Assembly (NCBI GenBank): GCA_965226375.1
Contig: CBDDCX010000008.1
Coordinates: 384,001-448,000, forward strand
Direction: 5' to 3'
DNA from: Longimicrobiales bacterium
Lineage (GTDB): Bacteria; Gemmatimonadota; Gemmatimonadetes; Longimicrobiales; Gaopeijiaceae
DNA length: 64,000 nt
A program made the translations under genes and the position numbers. How positions within the stretch are numbered: position 1 is the first letter of the stretch; the number at the start of each line of letters is the position of its first letter. Shown here one piece after another: positions 29,791 to 40,382 of the stretch. The notes below the pieces were generated by a model, which saw nothing but the letters and a program-made list of their open reading frames with translations, ran no database searches and was not told the origin of the DNA.

Positions 29791-32513
29791 TGCCCCGACC
29801 GCTTCGCACGTATCGCTGGCTCATGCAAGCGCTTCCGTCTGCGTTTCTCGCGCGCTTCGGCGCGGATATGCTTGCCATGGTCGAGGGCCGGGCGGACGAC
29901 GTGCGCGGAGCAAGCCCGCTCTTCTGGGTCAGGGAGTACGTCGATCTCGGCCTTACCGTCCTCCGGGAGTGGAGGGCCGAGTTTCATAACCGTCGAACTC
30001 GCGCTGGGCGTGGTAGGCGGATTCTGTCATTCAGGAATGGATTGGGGGATGGGATGGGTGGTGACCTGAAGTTGGCGATTCGCATGGTGCTCAGGAGCCC
30101 GGGCTTCAGCGCGGTGGTCGTGTTGACCCTCGCGCTCGGCATGGGCGTAAACGCGGCGATCTTCAGCATTGTCGATACCGTGGTGCTCAGACCATTGCCG
30201 TACGACCGCGCCGACGAGCTGGTCGGTTTCACGGCCTTCGATACTCGGACGGGCCAGCAGAGCACCCGCATCTCGTACGCAGACTTCCTGGAGTTTCAGG
30301 ATCAGGCCGAGTCGTTGGACGGGATCGCGGGCTACCTGCCGGGCACGTGGACGCTGTCGGGCGTCGATCGAGTGCCCACGCAGATCAACATCGCCCAGGT
30401 GACGAACGACTTCTTTTCTCTCCTGGGGGCCCGCCCGGTCCTTGGGAGAACGTTCGTCCCCGAGGAACACCTTCCCGATCGGCGTGGGTCTTTGATCATC
30501 AGCCACTCGTTCTGGCAGTCGGAATTCGGGGGGAGCCCCGACGTGCTTGGGAAGGTGGTGACGCTGTCCATACGACCGATGACGATCATCGGTGTCATGG
30601 AGCACGGATTCGATTACCCCTACCTGCGCGAGATGGCGGGCTGGGTCGCGATGGAGCACCGCGAGTTCATGGGGGCCGATCCGAACCTGGCGTTCTCGCA
30701 GCGAGATTGGAGGGCCCTGGTCGCGTTCGCTAGGCTCAATGAGCAAGCTTCGCTTGAGCGCGCCGGGGCCGAGATCGACGCCTTGGCGGTCGGCATCGCG
30801 GTCGCGTTTCCGGAATCCAACGCTAACCTCGAGACACGGCTGATCTCGCTCAAGGAGGTCGAGGTCGGCCAGCTCAGGCGGCCTCTCCTGCTGCTTCTGG
30901 GTGTCGTGGCCGCCATCCTCCTGATCGCGGCGGTGAATACGGCGAGTCTCTTGTTGGCTCGGGGCACCGCGCGTGCTGGTGAGGTTGCGGTGCGCACCGC
31001 ATTGGGCGCCAGCCGCGGTCGGCTGGTGCGTCTGTTCCTCAGTGAGGCGCTCGTCTATGCGGTCTTGGGCGCCGGTGCCGGCCTCGTTCTCGCCCAGGGT
31101 GTGTTGGCGATCGTGGCACGACTCGGTTTGCAGGGCCCCCGTCTCGAGTACGTTTCACTCGACGGTCGAGTCATGGCCATCATGGGACTCGTGACGATCG
31201 TCACCGGCCTGCTGTTCGGCCTCGCCCCGGCGCTGCAGGGCTCCAGGGTGGATCTTCAGGATCAGCTCAAGGATGGAGGTCGCGGGTCCAGCGCCGGGCT
31301 CGGCAAGAGCCGCATCCAGAAGGTCTTCGTCGCCACGGAGATGGCACTCTCGACGGTGCTGGTTATCGGTGCCGGCCTGCTCGTCACGAGCTTTATCAAC
31401 ACCATTCGTGAGGATCCGGGCTTCGATCCCGACAACGTGATGAGTGTTCGGATCTCCCTGCCCGGCGCATACATGGAGGATCCGGACGACAACTGGTCGG
31501 GCTCGAACGAGTTCTTTTTCCGGTTGGGCGAAGACATAGAGCGCATTCCCGGAGTCGAGTCTGTGGCGTTCTCCTATACCAATCCCCTCGAGCCTGCCAC
31601 TGCGTTCAACACGCGCTTCCAGATTCAGGGATTTCTCGAGCGCCCACGCTCAGAGCAGCCGTTCGCGAACCTGCGTACGGTCACGCCGGGGTTCTTCGAG
31701 GCCTTCAGGATCCCGGTCCTGCAGGGTCGGACCTTCAACGATCGTGACTTGAAGGAATCACCCGGTGTCGTGGTGATTAACGAGACGTTGCGCCGGCTCC
31801 ACTTCGGTGACGAGAACCCGATCGGGCACCGTCTCCAAGGCCCGAACTTCTGGGGGCCGGCGGGCTATCCGCGGGACTGGGAGATTATCGGCGTGGTCGG
31901 TGACGTGAGATCGGCGGGGCTGTCGCGTGATCCGACGCCCGCGTTCTACTTTCCGTTCCGCCAGGCACCGATGGGGAACATGCGCTTGATCACGCGCGCC
32001 GGTGTCGACCCGAGGACGCTCGGCCCGCAGATTCGCGAAGCCGTTTGGAACATCGACAGCCGCATCCCCATGGAGAACCTGCACACCATGCAGGAGTTCA
32101 TTTCCGACAGTGTGGCGACCCCCAGGCTGGCCATGATGGCCGTGGGCTCGTTCGCGTTGCTCGCTCTCTTGCTCGCTTCGATCGGGGTATACGGGGTGCT
32201 CTCGTACACCGTGGGCCTTCGGCGTGCCGAGTTCGGAATCCGGCAGGCGCTCGGCGCGGATCGGGACCGAATTCTGGGGCTGGTGCTGAGACAGGGACTG
32301 CGCGTTACAGCGCTGGGGGTGGTGTCGGGGCTGGTGCTCTCTTTGGCTCTCGGACGCTTCCTGAACTCCTTGCTCTATCAGGTCACGGCAACGCATGTGC
32401 CGACGCTCGCGGGTGTGACCGTGGTGCTCACGTTGGTGGCGATGGTGGCGTGCATCATTCCGGCTATTCGGGCGACCCGAGTGGATCCGGCGGGGGCGCT
32501 CCGCGCGGAGTAG
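29790..32513 (+). CDS. ABC transporter permease, duplicated MacB/FtsX (ADOP-like), coupled to PadR
   Basis: ARFGADM N-terminal prefix, LTLALGMGVN and EFGIRQALGA motifs; start overlaps the PadR stop. Confidence 0.95.
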   Translation: MPRPLRTYRWLMQALPSAFLARFGADMLAMVEGRADDVRGASPLFWVREYVDLGLTVLREWRAEFHNRRTRAGRGRRILSFRNGLGDGMGGDLKLAIRMVLRSPGFSAVVVLTLALGMGVNAAIFSIVDTVVLRPLPYDRADELVGFTAFDTRTGQQSTRISYADFLEFQDQAESLDGIAGYLPGTWTLSGVDRVPTQINIAQVTNDFFSLLGARPVLGRTFVPEEHLPDRRGSLIISHSFWQSEFGGSPDVLGKVVTLSIRPMTIIGVMEHGFDYPYLREMAGWVAMEHREFMGADPNLAFSQRDWRALVAFARLNEQASLERAGAEIDALAVGIAVAFPESNANLETRLISLKEVEVGQLRRPLLLLLGVVAAILLIAAVNTASLLLARGTARAGEVAVRTALGASRGRLVRLFLSEALVYAVLGAGAGLVLAQGVLAIVARLGLQGPRLEYVSLDGRVMAIMGLVTIVTGLLFGLAPALQGSRVDLQDQLKDGGRGSSAGLGKSRIQKVFVATEMALSTVLVIGAGLLVTSFINTIREDPGFDPDNVMSVRISLPGAYMEDPDDNWSGSNEFFFRLGEDIERIPGVESVAFSYTNPLEPATAFNTRFQIQGFLERPRSEQPFANLRTVTPGFFEAFRIPVLQGRTFNDRDLKESPGVVVINETLRRLHFGDENPIGHRLQGPNFWGPAGYPRDWEIIGVVGDVRSAGLSRDPTPAFYFPFRQAPMGNMRLITRAGVDPRTLGPQIREAVWNIDSRIPMENLHTMQEFISDSVATPRLAMMAVGSFALLALLLASIGVYGVLSYTVGLRRAEFGIRQALGADRDRILGLVLRQGLRVTALGVVSGLVLSLALGRFLNSLLYQVTATHVPTLAGVTVVLTLVAMVACIIPAIRATRVDPAGALRAE

Positions 32514-32634
32514 CACTCGAAGCGGTCGTCACGACGAGCCGTTGGCTATGTGAATTGCGTGGCAGAATCTTCCGGTCCCATCCGTTCACTTCAAGTTGGC
32601 TGACGGAGAGACTCGATTCCGGGAGGGGTAGGGC

Positions 32635-34974
32635 ATGGGTCGGTGGGGCTTTTTGAGGTACGGATGGGTGCCGCTCGCGGCGGTGGTTGGGCTCGGCTCG
32701 GCGGGTGGCGTGCAGGCTCAGGACGTGACGGTGCGAGTTTCCGGCGTCGTGAGCGAAGCACAGACGAACACACCCGTGGCCAGCGCACAGGTCCGGATCC
32801 CGGAACGAGGACTCCAGGCCGTCACGGGGTCGGACGGACGCTTCACGTTCAGTGCCATCCCGTCGGGCACCTATACGCTCCGGGTCGATCGACTCGGATA
32901 CCGTGTAGTCGAGGACGTTCTTCGGATCGGGACGTCTGACGTCACGGTCCCGATCCTTCTCGCACCCGAAGCTCTGCGACTCGCCGAGATCGTGGTGACG
33001 CCGGGCCATTTCGGAGTGATGGGTGACGCCGCGGTCCGGCAGCAACAGACGTTGACCCGAGAAGATCTCGAGACCGTACCCCAATTGGGAGAGGACGTCT
33101 TCCGGGTATTGCGCACGATTCCGGGGGTCGCCGTCGATGACATCTCGACGCGACTCAACGTGCGTGGCGGTGGGGATTCGGAGCTCCTGAATCTGCTGGA
33201 CGGGATGGAGCTCTACGAACCGTACCATCTAAAAGACTTCGATGGCGTGTTCGGTATCGTCGACGTGCAATCCATCGGAGGCATCGACCTGGTTACCGGC
33301 GGCTTCGGCCCCGAGTACGGTGACAAACTTACCGGCGTCTTCGACATGAGGAGTCGCACCGCGCCCGTGAGTGGTGCGCGCACCACAGTCGGTCTGAGTG
33401 TCTCGAACGCTTCCGTCATGACGCGCGGGTCCTTCGAGCAGGGGCGCGGACAGTGGCTCTTTCAGGCCCGTCGCGGCTACCTCGACCTCCTTCTGAAGCT
33501 GACGGACAGCGACGACGATGACGAGGAGCTCTCCCCGCGGTACTTCGATATCTTCGGCAAGACGCGGTACGAGATCACCCCGAACCATCGGATCTCGGCC
33601 AACCTCCTGTACGCGGGTGACGAGTTGACGTTCGCCGCCCCTGACGGCCGAGTCGACAGCAGATGGACCAGCGCCTACGGATGGCTCACGTGGGACGCCG
33701 TGTTCGATCGGGTCTCCATCACCACGAGGGCCTCGGGCGGAGGGCTCGACCGCAGTCGTGTGGGCAACATCGATGAACCCGAGGCGCTGCGAGGCCCCAA
33801 CCTTCTGTCGGTCGATGACCAGCGCACGTTCCGCTTTGCCGGGCTGAAGCAGGATGTGCGAATCGACCTCGGTGAACGACTCTATCTCAAGCTCGGGGGA
33901 GAGGCGAAACAGCTCGAGGCCGACTACGACTACTTCAACGCATCTCGGCGTATCGCCCTGCTCCCGAGTGGGAGTATCGGTAACGTCCACGACACGGTCG
34001 ACGTGGATCTCGCACCTACGGGAAGCGAGATCTCCGGGTACCTGGCCGCGCGGGTTCGCCCCTTCGAGGTCCTGACGGCCGAAATCGGCGTGCGCTATGA
34101 TCGCATCTCACATACCGGCGACGAGGACTTCGCGCCACGCGTGCTCACCGCGCTGCAGGTGACCGAGGCGACGAGTTTACGTGCCAGTTGGGGAAGCTAC
34201 TACCAATCTCACGGACTCCATGAGCTCGAGGTGGGGGACGGCGAGGAGCAGTTCTTCCCGACCGATCATGCGGAGCAACTCGCTGTCGGGATCGAGCACC
34301 GATTTCCAAACGAACTGAGCCTCAGACTCGAGCTGTATCGGCGTTCGATGGACGATCAGAGACCCCGCTTTCTCAACGCCGATCGCGAGATCGATCCGTT
34401 CCCTGAAGCCGAGGGTGACCGCCTCCGTATCGACCCCGGCGAGGGCCGTGCCCGGGGGATCGAACTCCTGATGGGGCTCGACCGCGGCGGTGCCTGGGGA
34501 TGGTCCGGTAACTACACGTTATCTCAGGCCGAAGACGAGATCGATGGGGAGTGGGTGCCCCGCACTCTGGATCAGAGACACGCGTTCGGCTTTACCTCAG
34601 CATACCGCCGGGGCAGTGCCTGGCAGTTTTCCACGACCTTCCAATATCACACGGGCTGGCCGGCTACCCCATCGACCTTTGTCATCGAAGAGCTTCCAGA
34701 CGGCACCCTCATTCTCGCGCGGAAGGTAGAGGACCTCAATACACTCCGCCTGCCGGCGTACCACCGTCTCGACTTCCGAGTCTCCAGGAATTTCAATGTC
34801 GGAAACGGTGTGCTACAGGCGTACCTCGACGTGTTCAACGTATACAACCGCGCGAACCTTCGAGGATACGCGTGCTATCCGCAGGTGAACGATGGAGTGG
34901 TAACCGTCGTTCAAGCGAACGGCGAGGAGCTGCTCCCGATCCTTCCGACGATCGGGTTCCGCTGGGAGTGCTGA
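32635..34974 (+). CDS. TonB-dependent receptor with carboxypeptidase-regulatory-like N-domain
   Basis: T..DGRF.F..IP.GTY, plug region (PGV...NVRGG...LDG.E...PYH) and LPAYHRLD. Confidence 0.9.
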   Translation: MGRWGFLRYGWVPLAAVVGLGSAGGVQAQDVTVRVSGVVSEAQTNTPVASAQVRIPERGLQAVTGSDGRFTFSAIPSGTYTLRVDRLGYRVVEDVLRIGTSDVTVPILLAPEALRLAEIVVTPGHFGVMGDAAVRQQQTLTREDLETVPQLGEDVFRVLRTIPGVAVDDISTRLNVRGGGDSELLNLLDGMELYEPYHLKDFDGVFGIVDVQSIGGIDLVTGGFGPEYGDKLTGVFDMRSRTAPVSGARTTVGLSVSNASVMTRGSFEQGRGQWLFQARRGYLDLLLKLTDSDDDDEELSPRYFDIFGKTRYEITPNHRISANLLYAGDELTFAAPDGRVDSRWTSAYGWLTWDAVFDRVSITTRASGGGLDRSRVGNIDEPEALRGPNLLSVDDQRTFRFAGLKQDVRIDLGERLYLKLGGEAKQLEADYDYFNASRRIALLPSGSIGNVHDTVDVDLAPTGSEISGYLAARVRPFEVLTAEIGVRYDRISHTGDEDFAPRVLTALQVTEATSLRASWGSYYQSHGLHELEVGDGEEQFFPTDHAEQLAVGIEHRFPNELSLRLELYRRSMDDQRPRFLNADREIDPFPEAEGDRLRIDPGEGRARGIELLMGLDRGGAWGWSGNYTLSQAEDEIDGEWVPRTLDQRHAFGFTSAYRRGSAWQFSTTFQYHTGWPATPSTFVIEELPDGTLILARKVEDLNTLRLPAYHRLDFRVSRNFNVGNGVLQAYLDVFNVYNRANLRGYACYPQVNDGVVTVVQANGEELLPILPTIGFRWEC

Positions 34975-35076
34975 GGGGCGCCTCGGCCGCAACGGGTCTG
35001 ACTGGAGCTTGACGGCGATGCACCGGGGGAGAAGGTTGCAGAGTGCGACAAACTGACCTCGGATGGAGGTGCCCCT

Positions 35077-35949
35077 ATGCGTCAGACGAATCGTGCAACC
35101 CGGTCTTGGCATGGCGCGGTGACTGGCTGCGTTGTGTCCGCTGTCCTCTTGGCGGGGGCGCCTCTCGGTGGACAGGACCGCTCGGGGCCATTGCTCATCG
35201 GGTCCGGTGTTTCGTACCCGCCGTTCGCGACGGAGAAACCGACCGGCGGTTACGAGGGATTCTCGCTTGATCTGGCATCCGAGATCGCCGAGCGCATAGG
35301 ACGATCCGGCACGAAGCTGGTCATCCAGGACTTCGCCGTCATCTTCGACGGGCTGCTCACCAGAGACTTCGAGGTCATCGTGACGCCCACAAACATCACT
35401 CCCGACCGCGCGCGCCGTGTGCTTTTCTCCGAAGGGTACATGGATACGGGATTGGGCTTCCTCGTCTTCCGAGGGGCGGAGCTACGCGACGTCACGGACT
35501 TACGTGGCAAAATCCTGGCGGTCGAAGTCGGAACCGTTTCCGACACGTGGGCGAGCGTCAACGAGGCTTGGCTCGGGTTCTCCGTTGAACGATACGAGGA
35601 GAACGGGGACGCGGTGAGTGCGGTGATCACCCGGCGAGCTTTCGCGAGCCTGTCCGACTTGCCTGCGGCAGCGCACACGGCCGGCCAAGTGGGAATCGTT
35701 ACAGTCGCCTACAGCCTTCCGATCGCCGGAAAGTTCGGGCTTGCCTTCCATCCGGACGACGCAGACCTCCGCAAGCAGGTGGAGAGTGCCCTCGAGTGTA
35801 TGAAGATGGACGGCACATTGGCGGGTCTCCACGAGAGGTGGTTCGGGTTCCGTGCCGGGGAGGATACCGCGACGAACACCGTGTACATGGGATACGGTCA
35901 CCCCGGGATCGAAGGGCACGACCCCGAATCGCACGTGCCGCAGTGTTAG
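35077..35949 (+). CDS. Polar amino-acid ABC substrate-binding protein (family 3), no cognate permease adjacent
   Basis: YPPF...GF..DL, ITPDR...FS..Y and DGTL..L..RWFG motifs. Confidence 0.9.
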   Translation: MRQTNRATRSWHGAVTGCVVSAVLLAGAPLGGQDRSGPLLIGSGVSYPPFATEKPTGGYEGFSLDLASEIAERIGRSGTKLVIQDFAVIFDGLLTRDFEVIVTPTNITPDRARRVLFSEGYMDTGLGFLVFRGAELRDVTDLRGKILAVEVGTVSDTWASVNEAWLGFSVERYEENGDAVSAVITRRAFASLSDLPAAAHTAGQVGIVTVAYSLPIAGKFGLAFHPDDADLRKQVESALECMKMDGTLAGLHERWFGFRAGEDTATNTVYMGYGHPGIEGHDPESHVPQC

Positions 35950-37127
35950 TCGAGCGGACCACCGGCGATAGCCCGTAGGAACAACTCTGTAAGGTCCGAC
36001 TCGGTCAGGGGCAGGGGATTCCCGGCCACCGAGGGATCCAACGAAGCCATCCGCGCGAGCACTTTCACGTGTTGCTCTTCGACCCCGAGCTCGGATAGGG
36101 TGTGCGGAATGCCTATCGCCTCCCGTAGCTCGAGCACCCAGCCCTGGACGGCATCGAAGGACGGGGTTGGAAGGTCGAGGTAGCGTGCGAGACGGGTCAT
36201 CCGCTCTTCGATGGCCGGGCGATTGAAGGCGAGTACGTAAGGCATGACCACGCCGTTGGTGAGCCCATGGTGTATATCGAGCACGGCTCCGATGGGGTGG
36301 CTCAGCGCATGGATGGCTCCGAGCCCCTTCTGGAATGCCGCCGCACCCATGCTGGACGCAGCGAGCATATGGGCCCGGGCGCTGACGTCGCCACCGTCCC
36401 TGACGGCCACGGGGAGCCACTCGTGGATGAGCCGTAGCCCCTCGACGGCCAGGCCGTCGGCCATCGGGTGATACCCCGGCGCACACAGCGCCTCGAGGTT
36501 GTGGGCCAACGCGTCCATGCCCGTGGCGGCTGTGAGCTGCGGTGGTAGGCTCACCGTGAGTTCCGGATCGGAGATCACGCAGCCCGGCAGCATGTTCGGG
36601 TGGAAGATGATCTTCTTGGTGCGGGTCTCCACGTCGGTGATTACCGAGGCACGCCCGACCTCAGAGCCGGTACCCGCCGTGGTGGGGACGGCTATCACAG
36701 GGGCCATGCCGTCCACGTCCACGCGTGTGTACCAGTCCTCGCGATCTTCGAAGTCCCAGATGGGGCGGCTCTGGCCCACCATCAGGGCGATGGCCTTTCC
36801 GGCGTCCAGAGCGCTTCCACCGCCAAGCGCGACTACGCCGTTACATCCGCTTTCCCGGTAGGCAGCGACGCCGTCGTCCACGTTCTGGCCGACCGGGTTG
36901 GATCTCACCTCGGAGAACACCGGTGTCGGTAATCGCGCCGCCCCGTTGGCGGCAACGGCATCGTGCACCATTGCGAGGTCCCGCAGACCCGGGTCTGTGA
37001 CCAGGAGAGGATGCGTAATGCCGAGTGCAGTGCACGCCTCGGCGAGCTCCGCAATGCGGCCGGGTCCAAAGCGGACCTCGGTGGGATAATGCCAGTCGCC
37101 CCGTAGGGTCTGAGGATCGACGTGCAT
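35946..37127 (-). CDS. Iron-containing alcohol dehydrogenase
   Basis: GGGSALD, PTTAGTGSE, GMDALAH and HHG motifs. Confidence 0.95.
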   Translation of the reverse strand: MHVDPQTLRGDWHYPTEVRFGPGRIAELAEACTALGITHPLLVTDPGLRDLAMVHDAVAANGAARLPTPVFSEVRSNPVGQNVDDGVAAYRESGCNGVVALGGGSALDAGKAIALMVGQSRPIWDFEDREDWYTRVDVDGMAPVIAVPTTAGTGSEVGRASVITDVETRTKKIIFHPNMLPGCVISDPELTVSLPPQLTAATGMDALAHNLEALCAPGYHPMADGLAVEGLRLIHEWLPVAVRDGGDVSARAHMLAASSMGAAAFQKGLGAIHALSHPIGAVLDIHHGLTNGVVMPYVLAFNRPAIEERMTRLARYLDLPTPSFDAVQGWVLELREAIGIPHTLSELGVEEQHVKVLARMASLDPSVAGNPLPLTESDLTELFLRAIAGGPLD

Positions 37128-38516
37128 CTATGAGTCCCGTGTTGTCGTTCGCAGATGGAAGGACTTGGGGCGGGTGAGCTGCTCGTAGCCGAGCGCCGAG
37201 AGTGTGCAACCGCGACCCGAGTCTTTGACGCCGACCCAGGCCAGGGCGGGATCCAGGTAGTCGCATCGATTCATGAACCACGTACCGGTGTCGATGCGGT
37301 CACCGATTCGGATGGCTTCGTCCTCGTCGGTCGTGCAGACACAGGCAGTCAGTCCATATCGGCTGTCGTTCATCAGCTCGATGGCTTCTGAGTCGGAGGC
37401 AACCTCCATGATGCCGATGGCCGGTCCGAAGGTTTCCTCGGTCATGAGTTCCATGGAATGATCGACGTCGACCAGAACCTGAGGGCCGAGGTACGGAGTG
37501 TCGGGCCGCCCCGCCGGGAATCGGGCGCCATCGATTAGAGTCCGAGCACCCTTGGCTTCCGCGTCCGCTATCTGGGCTCGTACGGCGTCTGCGGCGCGGG
37601 TGCGCACCATCGGGCCAAGAGTGGTCTCTGCGTCGAGCGGATTCCCGAGGCGCAGCCGGTACGTCTCCTCTACGAAGCCTTCGACGAAGGCCTCATAAAC
37701 GTCGCGGTTCACGTAGATGCGCTCGATGCCGCAGCAGGACTGTCCGGCGTTGAAGAACGCTCCGTCGGCCAACAGAGCGACGGCGTGTTCGAGATCGGCG
37801 TCCGCGCGCACGTAGGCCGGGTCCTTGCCGCCCAACTCCAAGCCCGTGCCGATGAAGCGTTCCCGAGCCGCTCTTTGCACGGCCTGGCCTCCAGATACGG
37901 AGCCCGTAAAGGACACGAAGTCGACTCGGCCGTCACCCACGACCCGAGCCACGTCGTCATGATCCAGGTGAAGGTATTGGAATACACCCTCGGGTAGATC
38001 GGCGGTGGCGAACGCATCGGCGAACCGCTCCGCGCAGAGCGGTGTTTGAGCCGAGTGTTTGAGGACGACGGTGTTGCCTGCCATGAGCGCCGGTATGACG
38101 GCATTCACGGCCGTGAGATACGGGTAGTTCCACGGGGCGACTACGAAGACCAGCCCCAACGGCTCCCGCCGGATGAACCGCCGAAATCCCGGCTTGAGCT
38201 CTGCGTCCACCTCCTTTAGAGCATCGTGGGCGGCGGAGATCATGTAGCGTGAACGCTCCTCGAAACCCCCTACTTCGCCTGGAGATTGGGATAAGGGGCG
38301 CCCCATTTGCCAGGTGATCTCAGTGGCGATGTCGTCCTTGGCTCTTACGAAAGCGTCCACCGCGTCGCCCAGCATTCGGGCCCGGCGCTCGAGCGAGGTG
38401 GCCTTCCAGCCGGGCCGTGCGGTCTCGGCGCTGGCAAGGGTCTGATCGATCTCCGTTGGTGAAGCAAGATCCCGCTCGACAAAGACACTTCCGTCGACAG
38501 GTGAGATCGTCTTCAT
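37128..38516 (-). CDS. Aldehyde dehydrogenase family protein
   Basis: PWNYP, FTGS, LELGGKDP, NAGQSC and EETFGP motifs. Confidence 0.95.
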   Translation of the reverse strand: MKTISPVDGSVFVERDLASPTEIDQTLASAETARPGWKATSLERRARMLGDAVDAFVRAKDDIATEITWQMGRPLSQSPGEVGGFEERSRYMISAAHDALKEVDAELKPGFRRFIRREPLGLVFVVAPWNYPYLTAVNAVIPALMAGNTVVLKHSAQTPLCAERFADAFATADLPEGVFQYLHLDHDDVARVVGDGRVDFVSFTGSVSGGQAVQRAARERFIGTGLELGGKDPAYVRADADLEHAVALLADGAFFNAGQSCCGIERIYVNRDVYEAFVEGFVEETYRLRLGNPLDAETTLGPMVRTRAADAVRAQIADAEAKGARTLIDGARFPAGRPDTPYLGPQVLVDVDHSMELMTEETFGPAIGIMEVASDSEAIELMNDSRYGLTACVCTTDEDEAIRIGDRIDTGTWFMNRCDYLDPALAWVGVKDSGRGCTLSALGYEQLTRPKSFHLRTTTRDS

Positions 38517-38607
38517 GACCCTTGCATGTCGGGGAAGCAGACGAGGATCGTGTCGATCTCGTCCGCCTCTACCAAACCACGTAGCCGCTCCGGATAGAGG
38601 TTGCCGC

Positions 38608-40071
38608 TCATCTGGATTCGCCTTGGGCGAGCTCGCGCACCGCGAACTCTTCTTCGGGAGAGTATACCAACGTCTTACGGCCGTAGAGGCCGAAATAGGC
38701 GACTCCGGCCAGGAACCAGATCGCGCATCCGTATACCCCCCATCGGTAGTCCGGATTGATGAACAGGAAGATCAACGTGACCCCCGCGATTATGCCCGCC
38801 ACGATAGCTCCCGGGCTACCGGAACGGCTCAGGTAGGGCCGTTCTATGTGGGGGAGCCGGCGGCGCAGGAGCACGAAGGACAACATCTGCATGATGTAGG
38901 CGATCACCGCTCCGAACACCGCCATGTTCAACAAGACCGCCCCCACCGGACTGCCTTGGGGCACGAAGTGGATGATGAGCGCGACGATGTATCCGATGAT
39001 CGCACCCACGACGAGGGCAATGTGGGGCGTGTGCGACCGCCGCGAGGTCACCGAGAGCCAGTGTGGAAGGTATCCGGCGCGGGACAGCGAATAGATGTTC
39101 CGGCCGTAGGCATAGATGATGGTGTGAAAGCTCGCGATCAGACCGGCCACGGCGAGAAGGGCCAGGACCTTGGTCCCGACCCCATCCCCGAAGATGGTTC
39201 TGAAGCCCAGCAGCAGCGGCTCGTCGGACAGTCCGACCTCCTGAGCTCCGGGCGCGATTCCCGCGTTCAAGAACAGGGTCAGAAACGCACACACAACAAG
39301 CGTCAGGAGCCCCAGCAGAATGCCCCTGGGCATGTCCCGCTTGGGATCGTGGGACTCCTCGGCCGCTAGAGGCAGCTCCTCGATGGCCAGGTAAAACCAG
39401 ATCGCGAACGGAAGGGCCGCAGCCACGCCTCCCCATCCCCTGGGTAGCCATCTGGTGGCCCCGGCGACCGGCTCGATGTCCAGAGCGTTGTCCCACGAGA
39501 AGTGTGAGAGGGCACCGACGTAGAAGATCAGGAGAATGCCCAGCGCCACCAGAGTGATGAAGACGGTGAACTTGAAGCTGACCTCGACCCCCCAGACGTT
39601 CAGACCCACGAAGAGCGTGTAGGCGAGGGCCCACCAGACGGGTGCGAATGCCTCCGGCGTACCGAAGATCGCTCCCAGGTACCCGCCGATTCCCACCACG
39701 ATCACCGCTGGAGTCAGCACGTATTCCATGTTCTCGGCAAGTCCGGTGATGAACCCGCCCCAGGGACCCATGGCCGAACGTCCGAACGAGTAGGCCCCTC
39801 CCGTGTGGGGAAGGGCAGGGGACATCTCGGCGATCGCGTCGCACATGCCGATATACATCACCGTGATGATGACCGTGGCGACGAACAGACCGCCGAACCC
39901 TCCGGCGTCGAGACCGAAGTTCCAGCCGAAGAAGTCGCCCGAGATGACCGCACCGACACCGAGTGCCCACAGAGACCAGACACGCGCGTGGCGTTTCAGC
40001 CCACGCTTCTCGAAGTACTCGGCGTCCACCTGGTGATATTGGACACCGCCGACAGTTTCTTTTTCGGGCAA
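38608..40071 (-). CDS. APC family amine/amino-acid permease (ethanolamine permease-like)
   Basis: LWALGVGAVISG.FFGWNFG and FAIWFYLAIE motifs; TTG start at 40071 after GGAGG. Confidence 0.88.
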   Translation of the reverse strand: MPEKETVGGVQYHQVDAEYFEKRGLKRHARVWSLWALGVGAVISGDFFGWNFGLDAGGFGGLFVATVIITVMYIGMCDAIAEMSPALPHTGGAYSFGRSAMGPWGGFITGLAENMEYVLTPAVIVVGIGGYLGAIFGTPEAFAPVWWALAYTLFVGLNVWGVEVSFKFTVFITLVALGILLIFYVGALSHFSWDNALDIEPVAGATRWLPRGWGGVAAALPFAIWFYLAIEELPLAAEESHDPKRDMPRGILLGLLTLVVCAFLTLFLNAGIAPGAQEVGLSDEPLLLGFRTIFGDGVGTKVLALLAVAGLIASFHTIIYAYGRNIYSLSRAGYLPHWLSVTSRRSHTPHIALVVGAIIGYIVALIIHFVPQGSPVGAVLLNMAVFGAVIAYIMQMLSFVLLRRRLPHIERPYLSRSGSPGAIVAGIIAGVTLIFLFINPDYRWGVYGCAIWFLAGVAYFGLYGRKTLVYSPEEEFAVRELAQGESR

Positions 40072-40254
40072 GAAGATGCCTCCGGAGTGGGTTTGGGATC
40101 GAAGTGCCGGCGGCTGGGCCGGTTGCACACCGGAACGTCCCGATGTTCTGAAGACAACGAAACATCCGGCGCTCACAACCGCAAACCGCTTGTGTGGTCT
40201 GGCTCCTACCGGCCAACGGCTATTTGCCCCACCACTACAGGCCGGCGGAGGGCT

Positions 40255-40281
40255 TGTCACATTCGTGCCGGCTGGCTCGTT
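40255..40281 (+). promoter_or_regulatory. Putative autoregulatory ECF promoter TGTCACA-N16-CGTT
   Basis: About 100 bp upstream of the ECF sigma gene; second copy at 1119-1145. Confidence 0.55.
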
Positions 40282-40382
40282 CTATCTCCGGGCTTTGGCT
40301 GCGCAGCCCTTGCCCCGCGTGAGGCGCTCGGGTCAAATCCAAGCTGTAGGTGTGAACCGACCCTTCCAGGATTCCGATCCGA

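Noticed and set aside
6324..39369. Long antisense/alternate-frame ORFs (for example 6324-7847, 8633-10297, 19671-21203, 38515-39369)
   Set aside because: Shadow ORFs of high-GC genes; no recognisable motifs and they overlap well-supported CDSs
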